A stretch of 64,000 nucleotides of DNA, from the NCBI RefSeq assembly GCF_004010195.1, contig NC_057760.1:426408-490407 (forward strand), given 5' to 3'. The stretch comes from Chiloscyllium plagiosum (Eukaryota). The position numbers were made by a program, and so were the translations under genes. This document shows positions 49,553 through 62,643 of this stretch, piece by piece. The notes beneath the pieces are model-generated. The model saw only the letters and a list, made by a program, of their open reading frames with translations. It was not told the DNA's origin and searched no databases. How positions within the stretch are numbered: the first letter of the stretch is position 1; each line of letters starts with the position of its first letter.

Positions 49553-51990
49553 AAAATTACAGCACAGGAACAGGCCCTTCAGCCCACCAATCCTGTGCTG
49601 ATCCAGATGCTCTATCTCAACCTGTTGCCTATTTTGTAAGTGTCTGTATCCATCTACTCCCCCCTGCCCATTCATGTATCTGTCTAGATACATCTTAAAT
49701 GACACTATCATTCCCACCCCACCACCTCCACTGACAACACATTCCAGGCATGCAACACCCTCTGTGTAAAGACCTTTCCACGCATATCTCCCCTAAACTT
49801 TTCCCCTCTCACTTTGAACTCAGGACCCCTTGTAATTTTGGGAAAAAGCTTCTTGCTTTCCACCCTGTCCACACCCCTCATGATTTTGTAGGGCTCTATC
49901 AGGTTCCCCCTCAACCTCCTTCTTTCCAATGAAAATAATCCTAATCTACTCAACCTCTCTTCATAGCTAACACCCTCCATACTCGGCAGCATCCTGGTGA
50001 ACCTCCTCTGCACCCTCTCCAAAGCATCCATATCATTTTGGTCGTGTGGTGACCAGAACTGTATGCAGTATTCCAAATGTGGGCGAACCAAAGTCTTGTA
50101 CAACTGTAACATGACCTGCCAACTCTTGTACTCAATACCCTGTCCGACGAAGGAAAGCATGCCGTATGCGTTCTTGACCACTCTACTGACTTGCGTTGGC
50201 ACCTTCAGGGTACAATGGACCTGAACACCCAGATCTCTCTGTACATCAATATTCCCCAGGACTTTTCCATTTACTGTATAATTCACTCTTGAATTGGATC
50301 TTCCAAAATGCACCACCTCACATTTGTCTGGATTGAACTCCAACTGCCACTTCTGTGCCCAAATCTCCAATCTATCTAAACTCTGCTGCATTCTCTGACA
50401 GTCCCCTTTACTGTCTGCGATTCCACCAATCTTATTGTCATCTGCAAACTTGCTAATGAGGCAACTTACACCTTCCTCCAACTCATTTATCACAAACAGC
50501 AGTGGTCCCAGCACGGATCCCTGTGGAACACCATTGGTCACAGATCTCCACTTTGAGAAACTCCCTTCTACTACTATTCTGACTTCTGTTGGCCAGCCAG
50601 TTCTCTATCCACCAAGATAAAACACCCTGGACCCCATGCGGCTTCACCTTCTCCATCAGCCTACCATGGAGAACCTTATCACACACCTTACTAAAATCCC
50701 ATCTATATGACATCTCCCAACACCATCTACATAGATGTCATATTAATCCCTTATCAATCAGCTTTGTCACCTCTTTAAAGAATTCCATTAGGTTTGTAAG
50801 ATACGACCTTCCTGCACAAAACCATACTGCTTATCACTGAGAAGCCCATTTTCTTCCAAATGGATATATATCCTATCTCTCAGTATCTTCCCTACCATTG
50901 ACGTCAAGCTCACAGCTCTGTAATTACCCTGCTACCCTTCTTAAACAAGGCAACAGCATTAGCAATTCTCCAGTCCTCTGGGACCTCCCCTGTGTTCAAG
51001 GATGTTGCAAAGGTATGTTTAAGCCCCAGCTAGTTCCTCTCTCACTTGCCTCAGTAACCTGGGGTAGATCCCATCAGGACCTGGGAACTTGTCCACCATA
51101 ATGCCTTTTCGAATGCCCAACACTTCCTCCCTCCTTATGCCAACTTGACCTAGAGTAATCAAAGATCTATCCCTAACCTCAACATCCACCATGCCCCTCT
51201 CCTCAGTGAATAGCGATACAAAGTAAGAATATCTGACTCCATGCATATCTTTCCTATTTTGTCCTTGAGTGGGCCAACCCTTTTCCTAGTTACCTTCTTG
51301 CTCCTTATATATGAATAAAAGGCTTTGGGGTTTTCCTTAACCCTGCCTGCTAAGAATATCTCATGACCTCTTTTAGCCCTCTTAGTTCCTAGTTTCAGAT
51401 TGGCCCTATAGTCCTGAAATTCTTCCAAAGCTTTGTCTGTCTTCAGTTGTCTAGACCTAATGTACGCATCCTTTTTCCTCCTAGCTAGTCTCACAATTTC
51501 ACCTGTCATCCATGGTTCCCGAAACTTGCCCTTTCTATCCCTCATTTTCAAAGGAACAGCTCTCTCCTGCACTCTAATCAACCTCTCGTTAAAAGCCTCT
51601 CATGTCGAATGTGGATTTTCCTTCAAACAACTGCTCCCAATCTACATTCCCCAGTTCCTACCGAATTTTGGTATAGTTGGCCTTCGCCCAATTAAGACCT
51701 CTTCGTTGAGGACCACTCTCGTCTTTGCCCATGAGTATTCTAAAACTTATGGAATTGTGATCACTATTCCCAAAGTAATCCCCTACTGAAAATTCAAACA
51801 GCTGGCCGGGCTCATTTCCCAACACCAGGTCCAGTATGGCCCCTTCCCAAGTTGGACTATTTACACACTGCTTTAGAAAACCCTCTTGGATGTTCTTTAA
51901 ATTCTGCTCCATCCAGACTAAGTGAATCCCAGTCAACGTTGGGAAAAGTAAATATCTCCAATCACTACCACCTTGTTGCTCAAACATCTA
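49553..51990 (-). mobile_element. Longest CR1-type LINE copy in the window (about 2.4 kb, frameshifted ORF2)
   Basis: GVPQGSVLGPLLF, FADD and LVRPHLEYC motifs (ORF 49708-50541), plus upstream ILDLVL/SDHN endonuclease-end motifs. Confidence 0.93.
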
Positions 51991-52382
51991 GAATGACCAT
52001 ATTCAATTCTTTCATACATAAATCCCAGAACATTTTTTATAGTGTACTGCAGTGAGGTCACTTGTAGTGTGACATGAACCTGAGCTCCCACTTGAGGCCA
52101 ACCTATGGGTACCAAAAGTAGCTATCAGTCTCTGATCGGCTACTTTACGTTGTTGCCTTTCCTGAAGCCCACCTTGGAGGATGGTCACCCAAAGTCACCT
52201 AGTGAGACAGCATGTAACTGTAAATGTGACACATTTGCTGCAGAAAAATGCAGGAAAGTACTTGTTCAGAGGAATTGGGGACATTTGTTCTAAGTTTCAA
52301 TGGATCAGTATAAATAAGGTAATAGCCTTTGATCACTTGTGGAACATGTGGCAGTACTTCCTTCTCATGTCTGTCTCACAAT

Positions 52383-52694
52383 AGATTAGATTAGATTAGA
52401 TTACTTACAGTGTGGAAACAGGCCCTTCGGCCCAACAAGTCCACACCGACCCGCCGAAGCGCAACCCACCCATTCCCCTACATTTAACCCCCCTACCTAA
52501 CACTACGGGCAATTTAGCCTGGCCAATCCACCCTAACCTGCACATCTTTGGACTGTGGGAGGAAACCGGAGCACCCGGAGGAAACCCATGCAGACACGGG
52601 GAGAACGTGCAAACTCCACACAGACAGTCGCCTGAGTCGGGAATTGAACCCGGATCTCTGGCACTGAGGCAGCAGTGCTAACCACTGTGCCACC
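52383..52694 (-). mobile_element. HE1-like V-SINE, young-looking
   Basis: Intact A/B boxes on -, V-domain, and (tctaa)n tail. Confidence 0.9.
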
Positions 52695-53385
52695 CACTAG
52701 GATGTAGAGTAACTAAATTGCTGGTTTATATCAAAGATTCTAAACAAAACTCATACTCAATAGGAAAAGAACTTGTAATTTAATAAGCTGAGTGGGATAT
52801 TCACGTAATAGAACAATCCTGATACATTTTCATGTATACCACTCTGAGCAGATTGCAGTTTATGAAGCTCATTTCCCCCTTCTTAACTGTTGCGGAATGT
52901 GAATGGCTCACTACCCTTACAGACTAGGAAAAAAAACTGACATAGGAAGTTTGAAGATGTGTGAGAGAGAGAAAATATTCTTCTGTAAACTACATACATA
53001 AGGGGGGAGGGCGGGGGGAGAAGAGGGGAAGGAGAGAGAGAGCGCGAGAGAGGTGGGGGCAAAAGAGAATGGAAGCTGGTGAAAAATTAACCCTTTATGG
53101 TCCGATTTGAGCAAATCACAGGCTTGCCGTAGATTGAATGTTTCTGCGATGTTCCTAGGAATGCAAGATCTGGGAATGTCATGAATTTAATTTAAAATTA
53201 TCATTGATTCCCCGAATGCAAAAGGAAAAGCCGTTTTGCAAGACAATGATATTGAACATGTTAGCTGAGCAAGGTTACCTCATGACCTTTTTGCTAGCCT
53301 CTGGTTATGATGTACTCACCAAAGCAAACTGACCATTTGGCCTGGCTGGGTCAAGGGTTCCCATTTTGATGTGCATGTAGCCTGA

Positions 53386-53474
53386 AGCTCCTCGGATGCT
53401 GCCTGAACTGCTGTGCTCTTCCAGCACCATTGATCCAGAATCTGGTTTCCAGCATCTGCAGTCATTGTTTTTAC
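53386..53474. mobile_element. Penelope-like terminal fragment with a 12-bp TSD
   Basis: catgtagcctga at 53374-53385 and 53475-53486. Confidence 0.75.
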
Positions 53475-56186
53475 CATGTAGCCTGATTAGTCAAGCGTGC
53501 ACAGCCCTGTCGATGAGTTTCTTTCCTCTGCAAACCTTTGACATTTTATTGCAGATCATCTAATTAAGGACATGTGGCACTTCTGCAATTTTAATACTAA
53601 ATTCTGTACAAAGACAGCTTGTTTGCAGCACTAAAGGGGAGTAGCTGAGAGAGGTCTGAGGGGTAAGAGCTGGTTCTGCTACTGGTTTTAGAACCTTAGC
53701 TCAAGCTTGGCTTGTCAGTGTCTGTGTAACACTTATTTATCAATGGCATTAAGATAATAATTTAAACTAGTCTGTAAGAGTTTTATATTCTAGACTGCCA
53801 CAGAGTACAATCTCTGGGACAAATCGAGAGAGGCTAAAGAGAGCCATCTCGAAAAGGTACTTTAACATTAGAGTCAGAGATGTACAGCACAGAAACAGAC
53901 CTCTTCAGTCCAACTCATCCATGCCAACCAGATTTCCTAACCTAATCTAGTGCCATTTGCCAGCACTTGGCCCATGTCCCTCTAAACCCTTCCCATTCAT
54001 GTCCCCATCCAGATGCCTTTTAAATGTTGCAATTGTACCAACCTCCACCACTTCCTCTGGCAGCTTGTTCCATACACATACAACCCTCTGCATGAAAAAG
54101 TTGCCCCTCAGGTCCCTTTTATATCTTTCCCCATCACCCTGTAATGTTTTCCTTAAACCAAAAATGCCACTCCCCCTCCTCTCTTGCCTTCCTTTCTGGT
54201 CCTTCCTATAGCATCTAAATCCCAGACCATCAAGATTCCAGACCTGTTCCTCCTTCAGCTAATGTTTCTGTAATAGCTATGATGTCCCAGTCCCATGTTC
54301 CCTTACATGCCCCACGTTCATCTGCCTTACCTGTAATACACCTTGCACTGAAATAAAGATAGTTTAATTCTTCAGAGTTACCTCATTCTCTGACTTGCTA
54401 TGGCCCACCTTCTCTCATCAGCTTGCTATTTTGACATTCAGCACCACCACCCATCTTGTTATTCTGACTACTACTTAGGAACTCCCGACCACTCCACTGC
54501 CGCCCTCCCCTCCCCAACTAGTTTAAAGGCTCCTGAACAGAACTAGCCAATTCCCCTTCCACCCCGATATTGGTCCCCTTCCAGTCCAGATATTGGTCCC
54601 CTTCCAGTCCAGATGAAACTAGTCTCTTTTAAACAGGTTCTTTCCACCCAGAAGAGTTTTCAATGACCCAAAAACCGGAATCCTTGGCCTTGCCCACTGC
54701 ACAATCTCCTCAGTCATTGATTTATCTGTCCGGTCTTCTTAGCCCGGTTCTCACTAGCACGTGGCACCGGGAGTAATCCAGAGATTATTACCTTTGAGGT
54801 TCCGCTCTTTGACCTTCTACCTAACTTCCTATATTCTGCAACTTCCTATATTGCTAAAGTTCACTTGAGAATGTAACTTTTTAAAAAGTTCTGGGATTTA
54901 CAGATGAAAGAACTCAGTTATCGAGATGGACAGCACGGAAACAGACCCTTCAGTCCAACCCGTCCATGCTGACCCAGATATCCCAACCCAATGTAGTCCC
55001 ACCTGCCAGCACCAGGCCCATATCCCTCCAAACCCTTCCTATTCATATACCCATTCAAATGCCTCTTAAATGTTGCAATTGTACCAGCCTCTACCACATC
55101 CTCTGGCAGCTCATTCCATATACGTACCACCCTCTGTGTGAAAAAGTTGCCCCTTAGGTCTTTTTTATATCTTTCCCCTCTCACTCTAAACCTATGCCCC
55201 TCTAGTTGTGGACTCCCTGACCCCAGGGAAAAGACTTTGCCTATTTACCCTATCCATGCCCCTCAATTTTGTAAACCTCTATAAGATCACCCCTCAGCCT
55301 CCAATGCTCCAGGGAAAAACAGCCCCAGCCTGTTCAATCCCTCCCTGTAGCTCAAATCCTCCAACCCTGGCAACATCCTTGTAAATCTTTTCTGAACCCT
55401 TTTAATTTCCACAACATCTTTCCGATAGGAAGAGACTAGAATTGCTGAAACCAACATGGTCATTTTAAAAGATGAGAGACTTGATAAACAATCCAAGTCT
55501 TTTTCAATTTATCATTTCAGTTGCATCACACTATAAACTTTTGCTATAAATTGTGTCTTACAATCTTATACTCCGCAACCACCTGATGAAGGAGCAGCAC
55601 TCCATTAAAACAGGGATCAGGACACTTTGTAGGATCTCTCATCGTTAAAAGGGAGTTGTTCACAATTAGCACAAATTGTATTAACCTGAAACATTAACTC
55701 CATTTCTAGTCTGGAAGGTCAGCTGGACATTTTCAGCACTATTATTCATCCTCATTTTAAAATCCCACTCCCTACTGCCTCACTCCTAGCTCTGTGACCC
55801 ACTAACTTTTCTGGCATATCTCCCCTCCCCTGCTGATTCCCCAAGCTCCACCATTGGCTGTTGTGCCTTCAATACCTGGGGCCTCAAACACCTTCCATAA
55901 ACCTCTGGTTTCTCTCTCTCTCTCACTAGCTCCGCCCCAGCCAAGACACTAACATTCTCATTACAGGTGCACATGCCCATTTGACCAATTATCAGCACGA
56001 TGACACAGAGGGTTTGATGTCGAAGTCTATGCTACCTCAGCTGATCTATGTCAATTGTACCCCTGGACAAAATCCTATTGGACAACACTCCCGAGGTGCC
56101 AAGGAGGTTTTAAATATATTGAAGGCTTTACATAAATGCAGGCCGCAACTGCATCAAGCGTACACCACAGCCAGGAAATTGGGTAC

Positions 56187-56947
56187 TGAATTGATTGTAA
56201 CAAGGACACCTCTTAGAATACAAGTTCCTTGGTTGAGACTGTTAACCTGTTCCAATCAAGGAGCCCTGGCTGACATATAAACAGGGAGTGCCTTTCCCCC
56301 TCCAACTCTATTTTGATTTGATCCCTGCCCTCCCCTTCACTGTTTGATCACACAGCACTGCCCTTTGATGTGAAGGGCACTGCTGGTCACTGGTTACTCG
56401 GGTGTTTTCCTATCTTCCTAGTGGTGGGAATTGAATAAAGATTCGTGCACCTTGTGTCTCAGTGTCTCACACCTGCACACACCATGGGTGCTGGGGAAAA
56501 TTAAGCACTACCGCAGTTAGGCGGTAGTGTGGGGGTTAATATAAAGAGAAAAAAAAAGAAAAAAGGAAAAAAAAGATAAACAGGGAGTGCCTTTCCCCCT
56601 CCAACTCTGATTTGATCCCTGCCCTCCCCTTCACTGTTTGATCACCCAGCATTGCCCTTTGGTGTGAAGGGCACGGCTTGTCACTGGCCACTCGGGTGTT
56701 TCCTTTCTTCCTGGTGGTGGATATTTGAATAAAGATTCGTACACTGCCTCTCACACACATGGGTGCTGGGGAAAAAATAAGCACTACTGCAGTTAGGCAG
56801 TAGTGTGAGGGGGGGAAAAAAAGAAAAGAAAAAAATAAAAAGGAGTGCCAGAGGCTCTGTTCACTCTGAGAACTGGGTCAGAGTCAACTGCTCTCCACGT
56901 GTAAATAAAGGGTGACCTGGTGACAGGATACCGGCCTGAGTATTTCA
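56187..56947 (+). mobile_element. Solo LTR (TGAA...TTCA, 5-bp TSD GGTAC) containing two nested A-tailed inserts
   Basis: GGTAC at 56182-56186 and 56948-56952; internal CCAAT, TATAAA and AATAAA. Confidence 0.7.
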
Positions 56948-58236
56948 GGTACCACTACCAGGTTTAGTGCAGCATTACAAGTCAGCAGGTCTGGCAGTAC
57001 CTCAGGAAAGAAATCTGACATGTTACTTGACGTCAAGTAACGCTTCCTCAGAGGTAGGTCACTTGACCAGAGAAGTCAACTGATTCCTCTCCACAGATGC
57101 TGCCAGACCTGCTGAGCTTTTCCAGCAATTTGTTTTTGATTTACAGCATCCGCAGTTCTTTTAGTTTTTAAATTACAGATCAGCTGCCTGATTCCCTGTT
57201 AAAGACACCAGCGTTCTCCCCACAGTATCCCAAGGAGTAAGCATACATTATGTTGATGCCTTCCATTCCCTCAGGTGTAGCTCTCTGGCTTGTTTTTGCT
57301 TCCATCACAGGAGTTCTCATTCCAGGTGCACGTTCCCATTTGGCCAATTAACAGCACAATGAGACACAGCATTTGATGTCAAGGTCTGTGCTCGAGCAGG
57401 CTAGAATTTACGACTACTCCAGCTGCTGTTAGCACCTGAGCACGTGAAAGCTGCTTAACATTACCTGGGAACTTTGTTAAGACAAAAGTGCACACATGGT
57501 TTACGACCTACAGCACAGGAACAGGTGTCAGTTTCATCATTCATCTGAAAGACAACAGGCACCTCCCAACAGGACAGTAGCCCTTCAGAACAGGCACCAG
57601 GGAGTGACAGTCACAATCCCATGCTGGTGTTGATAACAGTGAGATTCAAAAACCAGAGCAGGAAAGTCAATGCTGCTATTGGAACACCAGCTGACATTCA
57701 GGTTGAGGATGTTCATTTGCACATGAACACTTGACAGAGGTAGGGTTGGGAGAGCACGGACAGAACGTCTGAAGGCGGGTCACTGAATTTGAAACGTCAG
57801 CTCTGCCTTCTCTCCGCAGATGCCCGGGTTTCTCCAGCAATTCTGTTTTTGTTACATAGCCTTCCCACTCCGGCATCAAAAGAAGTCATAGGCGCTCCTA
57901 CAATCGACCGTACAAACTCACCGTGGAGAACGAGACGTCGTAAACAAGCCATTTTTTAAAAAAATACAAAACTACCTAAAGATGTTACAACATTTTATTT
58001 GACAATTCTTAACAAATAACCCAATACCACCAGAAGGTCCAAAAAGGTTGACATAAATCAGATGGGTAAGGCTATGGGACAGCGATGACAGCCTTCCCCC
58101 TCCCCCCCCACCTCCAGCTACATTTCTTTCCTCCTACCAATCAGATCTCAGGGAAGTGAATCAGTATCCCTTAGCCAGCATCCTGATGCTCAGCGGTGCA
58201 GGTAGTCTCACCCTTCCAGAGATGCCAACTTTCATT

Positions 58237-58265
58237 TTAGTGCTGCTTTCTTCTGAAGGAACAGC
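58237..58265 (-). CDS. RPS27: RPS27 exon 4 (GCSFRRKQH*)
   Basis: ccttctgcag| acceptor; TAA at 58237-58239; AATAAA (-) at 57994-57999. Confidence 0.95.
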
Positions 58266-60653
58266 CTGCAGAAGGGAGCGAGAGAGAAAACACAAAACTG
58301 TAAGACGGACAAGCTGCCTTAGAGAACAGTCAGCTTTGACAAAGGGTCAGCTGACTCGAAACGTCAGCTCTTCTCTCCTTACAGATGCTGCCAGACCTGC
58401 TGAGATTTTCCAGCATTTTCTCTTTTGGAGTCAGGTTGCACAGGGTGGTGTTTACACTTCACATACAGCATCTGGGTCTGCTTTGGTCTGGCTCGGCACT
58501 CTCACTCCACATCAGCATCCTGCTACCAGACCTGATCAAAGATCAGGAGAAAGTGAGGAATGAAGAGCTTATATGCTTGAAACGTCGACTCTCCTGCTCC
58601 TCAGATGCTGCCTGTCTGGCTGTGCTTTTCCAGAGCCACGTTTTTTTTTTTTTGAGTCTGATTCAACATTGGCACAGCCCACTCTCACTATCATTCTTCC
58701 TTCTGTATTTATCCAGATTCCCTTTTATTCTAACACTTGCCTCAATTACTCCCTCTGAAAGCATTCACCCCACTCTCTGGGTGAATCTCCATTGGTGATT
58801 CTTGGTGGTGGGAAAGAAATAACTGGAGGCGGTGGTGTGGCGATGAGAATTCCTGGGCTTCATAAACATTGGGAGGGAGCACAATAGGCCAGACATTAAA
58901 GTGAACCTGTATATGGGGCTGGGCATCAGCTGTGTACCTCTCTCAGCACCCATCTTTCACAAGGGAGTGTAAGCTTTGGAGAGAGCGCGAGCGTGCAGGG
59001 AAAGATTGACGAGTACAGTTCCAAGGCTGAGAACCCCAGTGATGAGGACAGACCGGACAAGCATGTCATGTTCTCCTTCGAGAACAGAGGTTTGAGATGG
59101 GATGTGCCACAGAAATGTTAAAATAGCAAGGGGTTTGGACAAAGGGAGAAACTGCCCAAGGTTATAGATGAAAGGAACCCAGGCAAACACAAGAAAAGCA
59201 TTTGATGCAGTGGTGGGGGGGGTCGAGAGTGCGCTGCATGAGCACATGGTAGAGGCAGAATTAATTGCGGCATTCAAAAAGAAAATTGAACAATTATCGA
59301 GCCAGAGATGTACAGCACAGAAACAGACCCTTTGGTCTAACCTGTCCATGCTGATCAGATATCCAAAATTAATCTAGTCCCATTTGACCCATATCCCTCT
59401 AAACTGTTCCTATTCATGTACCCATCCTGATGCTTTTTAAATGTTGTAACTGTACCAGCCTCCACCATGTCCTCTGGCAGCTCATTCCATTCACACACCA
59501 CCCTCTGCGTGAAAATATTGCCCCTTTAGTTCCCTTTTAAATCTTTGCCCTCTCAGCATAAACCTATGCCCTCTAGTTGTGGACCCCCTTACCCTGGGGT
59601 AAAAGGCCTTGATTCTTCACCCTATCCATGCCCCTCATGATTTTATAAACCTCGCTACGGTCACCCCTCAACCCCTGACATTCCAGGGAAAATAACACTA
59701 GCCTATTCAGCCTCTCCCATAATGCAAACCCTCCAACATCCTTGTAAATCTTCTCTAAAGCCTTTCAGGTTTCACCAACATCTTTCTGATAGCAGGAAAA
59801 CCACAATTGAGTGCAGTTCTCCAAGAGTAACCATTCTGAAGAGAAGAATCTTAAGGATACAGGGAAAGGGTGGGAAGACTGGGACTGGGACACAGAGTCA
59901 CAAGTGTAATGTAACTGTTCCAATGATTCGATGATCTGTAGGCCTCATGTTTTGACTCCTCCACACTTTTCAACTCAGCATCGAGGCTCCAGTGCAACTC
60001 AGCATTTATATCGTTTTAGATAATTATATGGTTTTAATTTAGACGTCTAGTCACCCCCACAAAGACCACCCGCTTGAGCTGTTCCAAAGCACGGTTACCA
60101 AAAGCTTGCCCCAACTTTATCTCAAGCCAAATAACTTCAGATCCCTTCTGGTGAAGGTGAAAATTAAATTTTTCAAATAGGCTACACTTTCTGGATTACT
60201 CTCCACACTTACACGCCTTAAAGTTGCTATTTCTCTGAACTTACTATTTTAGCATTTTAGTCATTTCCAGACAGTAATGGGAATTCAATTTAATTGGCAG
60301 TTAAAAATCAGTCCCAATGCAGCATAGCATCAATCATCCAAATTGATCCAATCATTTCTTTCTTATCACTATTGTTACATCTCCTTCGCCATCCCACGTT
60401 CTTCCAGCCCGTTTCCTTCTTAATTCAAAATTTTCCAGTGAAGGCAGTTCATTGGCAGGAATTATATGCTTCCCCAACATTTCCAGCAACCAACCGTCCA
60501 CTGAGAGAAAGATAACAGCTTTGGGAATAACACTGGGTGAGGGAATGGGTGCCATTTCTGTCCCTTGCCCATTCCCAGGTCCTGTTCAATCACTTTACAG
60601 CAGGATGAGCACTGGAGGAGATAATGACAGACGCCAGACCAGCCAGCACTCAC

Positions 60654-60764
60654 CTTCTGTTAGCCTGGCCTTTCCACCAGTGGGCTGGCAAAGTACAGTG
60701 GAGCATCCGACACATAGCACGACAGTCTGCGCGTGGCTGAACACTGTAGTGATTTTATAGCAAC
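60654..60764 (-). CDS. RPS27: RPS27 exon 3 ([37 protein letters not shown])
   Basis: tttcttag| acceptor and |gtgagt donor; 111 nt; zinc-finger cysteines. Confidence 0.97.
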
Positions 60765-61353
60765 CTAAGAAATAACAATCGGGAACAAACTATTCAAAAC
60801 AGAGCAAACTAGTATTTAACAAAGATCTACGTCAAAGAATAAAATTTACAGACGCATAATGAAAATATTAGGTGCGGAAAGGAATAGTCCCCCCATTACT
60901 TACAGGAACAAACCCAGGACAGCTCCAGCACGGGATCTGATATGGAGAAAAGCTCCCCTCTATGCTGGGACAATCAAACACCCCCAGGGCAGCCACAGTT
61001 CGAGCGGCAACACGACAGACATTTTGAATGTTTGCCACATTCTTGAGCTGATCAGAGATGAGTAACATTGATTTGAGACTGTTGCCTGAATGCAGACCGA
61101 ACGGGACCAGCCCCGTGCCAATGTTCCCAGTAAGCTGCACAGCCACAGAGGTTCCACATGTACTGACTGATGTGTCAATACATGGACCTCTGTGAGCAGA
61201 CACCAGTGCCATGCAGATTCCAGCAGCAGGAAAAGGAGACCACAGGGAACACTGGTGTTCCATTTGGCTAGTGATGAAACACAGAGGAGCCAGTAACATG
61301 CCTTACAGGGTCTACAGCCACCCCAACAGGAGGGTGCGGGAGGGAATACGCAC

Positions 61354-61462
61354 CAGGACATTTGACATCCATGAAGTAAGAGTTGGGGCTTTGCACCAAA
61401 CGTTTCTTCTTGTGTTTCCTCTTCTCCTCCTCGGGAGAGGGATGTAGCAGATCTTTCGCCAA
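61354..61462 (-). CDS. RPS27: RPS27 exon 2 ([36 protein letters not shown])
   Basis: ctgcag| acceptor and |gtgcgt donor; 109 nt. The K/P/R residues match RPS27 rather than RPS27L. Exon 1 is not confidently located. Confidence 0.97.
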
Positions 61463-62452
61463 CTGCAGATAAAACAAATGAGTGAGAGATTACAGACCTT
61501 CAGTCCCACACCCATCCCATACAACCAGCAGAGACCTTTAGATAACAGTAGTAGTACTTGCAAACCAAACAAAAAAAAAACACCAGGGTGAGAATTCATC
61601 TCGATTGCTACCCCCACTCCCGCACCAGCACACTCACAGTGAACAGGCTGGCCAACTGCTCACTGCTCCACCTGCCTGCACCTCTAACGGCAGAAGTGGA
61701 CATCTACTTGGAGTAACAGTATCTTTACCACAGCAAAAAGCTTCAAATGCCTGTCCTTTCTTGGGCAATTAACCACTCTGTGGGGCAGAGAGGTTTGAGC
61801 AACACAGGCTCAGCTTCAGAGGTGGAGGAAAGGATGCAAGCAGGTCACCCTCATCTCACAGCAAGAGGAAGAATGTGGATCTCTGCCATTTTAAACTTAA
61901 ATTATCCATTTGCCAGGCTTGTGGTAGATCACTTTCTGCACGGTCAGTGCCCCACCCCACCCCACCCCCAATACCAGGCCATTAATTGGGCATAGTGACA
62001 ATTACTTTTAGAGAGGAGAGCAGCTGTTTGCCAGAATTCAAAGGGTACCTTTTGAACATCATGGCCCAGACTGAGCCATCCATCCCGCAACACAGCAGAA
62101 GCAAGGCTTTTGAATAATTCTGAGCAGATAGAACTGCATTATCACATTTTTATGGGCTAGGAACATCCCAAATGATTTCATTATGACTGTACTAGTTCTG
62201 AATTGTGCAGTCACAGGCTGTGACTGAACAATGTCAGTACTGTAAAACTGGACAATGCAAATCCATGTGGCCAACCTACTGACAATGAACACTCTCACTG
62301 GCAAACCCCTTGAGGGGACAAGTCGTGGTAGTGCCATTTGGCCATTAATCCAGAGGCCTCAGTCTAATGATCTGAAGACAAGCTCAAATCCCACCCATGT
62401 GGAAAGCTGTGGAATTCAAATTTAACAAGTAAAACCTGGAATCTGAATCTGT

Positions 62453-62643
62453 ACAACAGATCAGGCAGCATTCGAGCAGCAGGAGAATCGATGTTTCGGA
62501 CATAAGCCCTTCATCATTCCTGATGAAGGGCCTATACCCGAAACGTCGATTCTCCTGCTCCTCGAATGCTGCCTGACCTGCTGTGCTTTTCCAGCACCGC
62601 ACTCTCGACTCTGATCTCTAGCATCTGCAGTCCTCACTTTCTC
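62453..62643. mobile_element. Fold-back Penelope-like mini-element with hammerhead motif and an 18-bp TSD
   Basis: CTGATGA-agggcctataccc-GAAA-CGTC at 62520-62547, with an inverted copy at about 62487-62516. TSD cctggaatct(g/a)aatctgt at 62435-62452 and 62644-62661. Confidence 0.8.

Noticed and set aside
52800..52925. Minus-strand SVRVVSHSHSATVKKGEMSFINC resembling an Ig V-domain start
   Set aside because: The frame stops soon after and lacks the Trp and second Cys of an Ig fold.
60765..61353. Possible intronic snoRNA in repeat-free RPS27 intron 2
   Set aside because: No C/D box pair with a terminal stem on the sense strand and no clear H/ACA architecture by eye; cmscan would be decisive.
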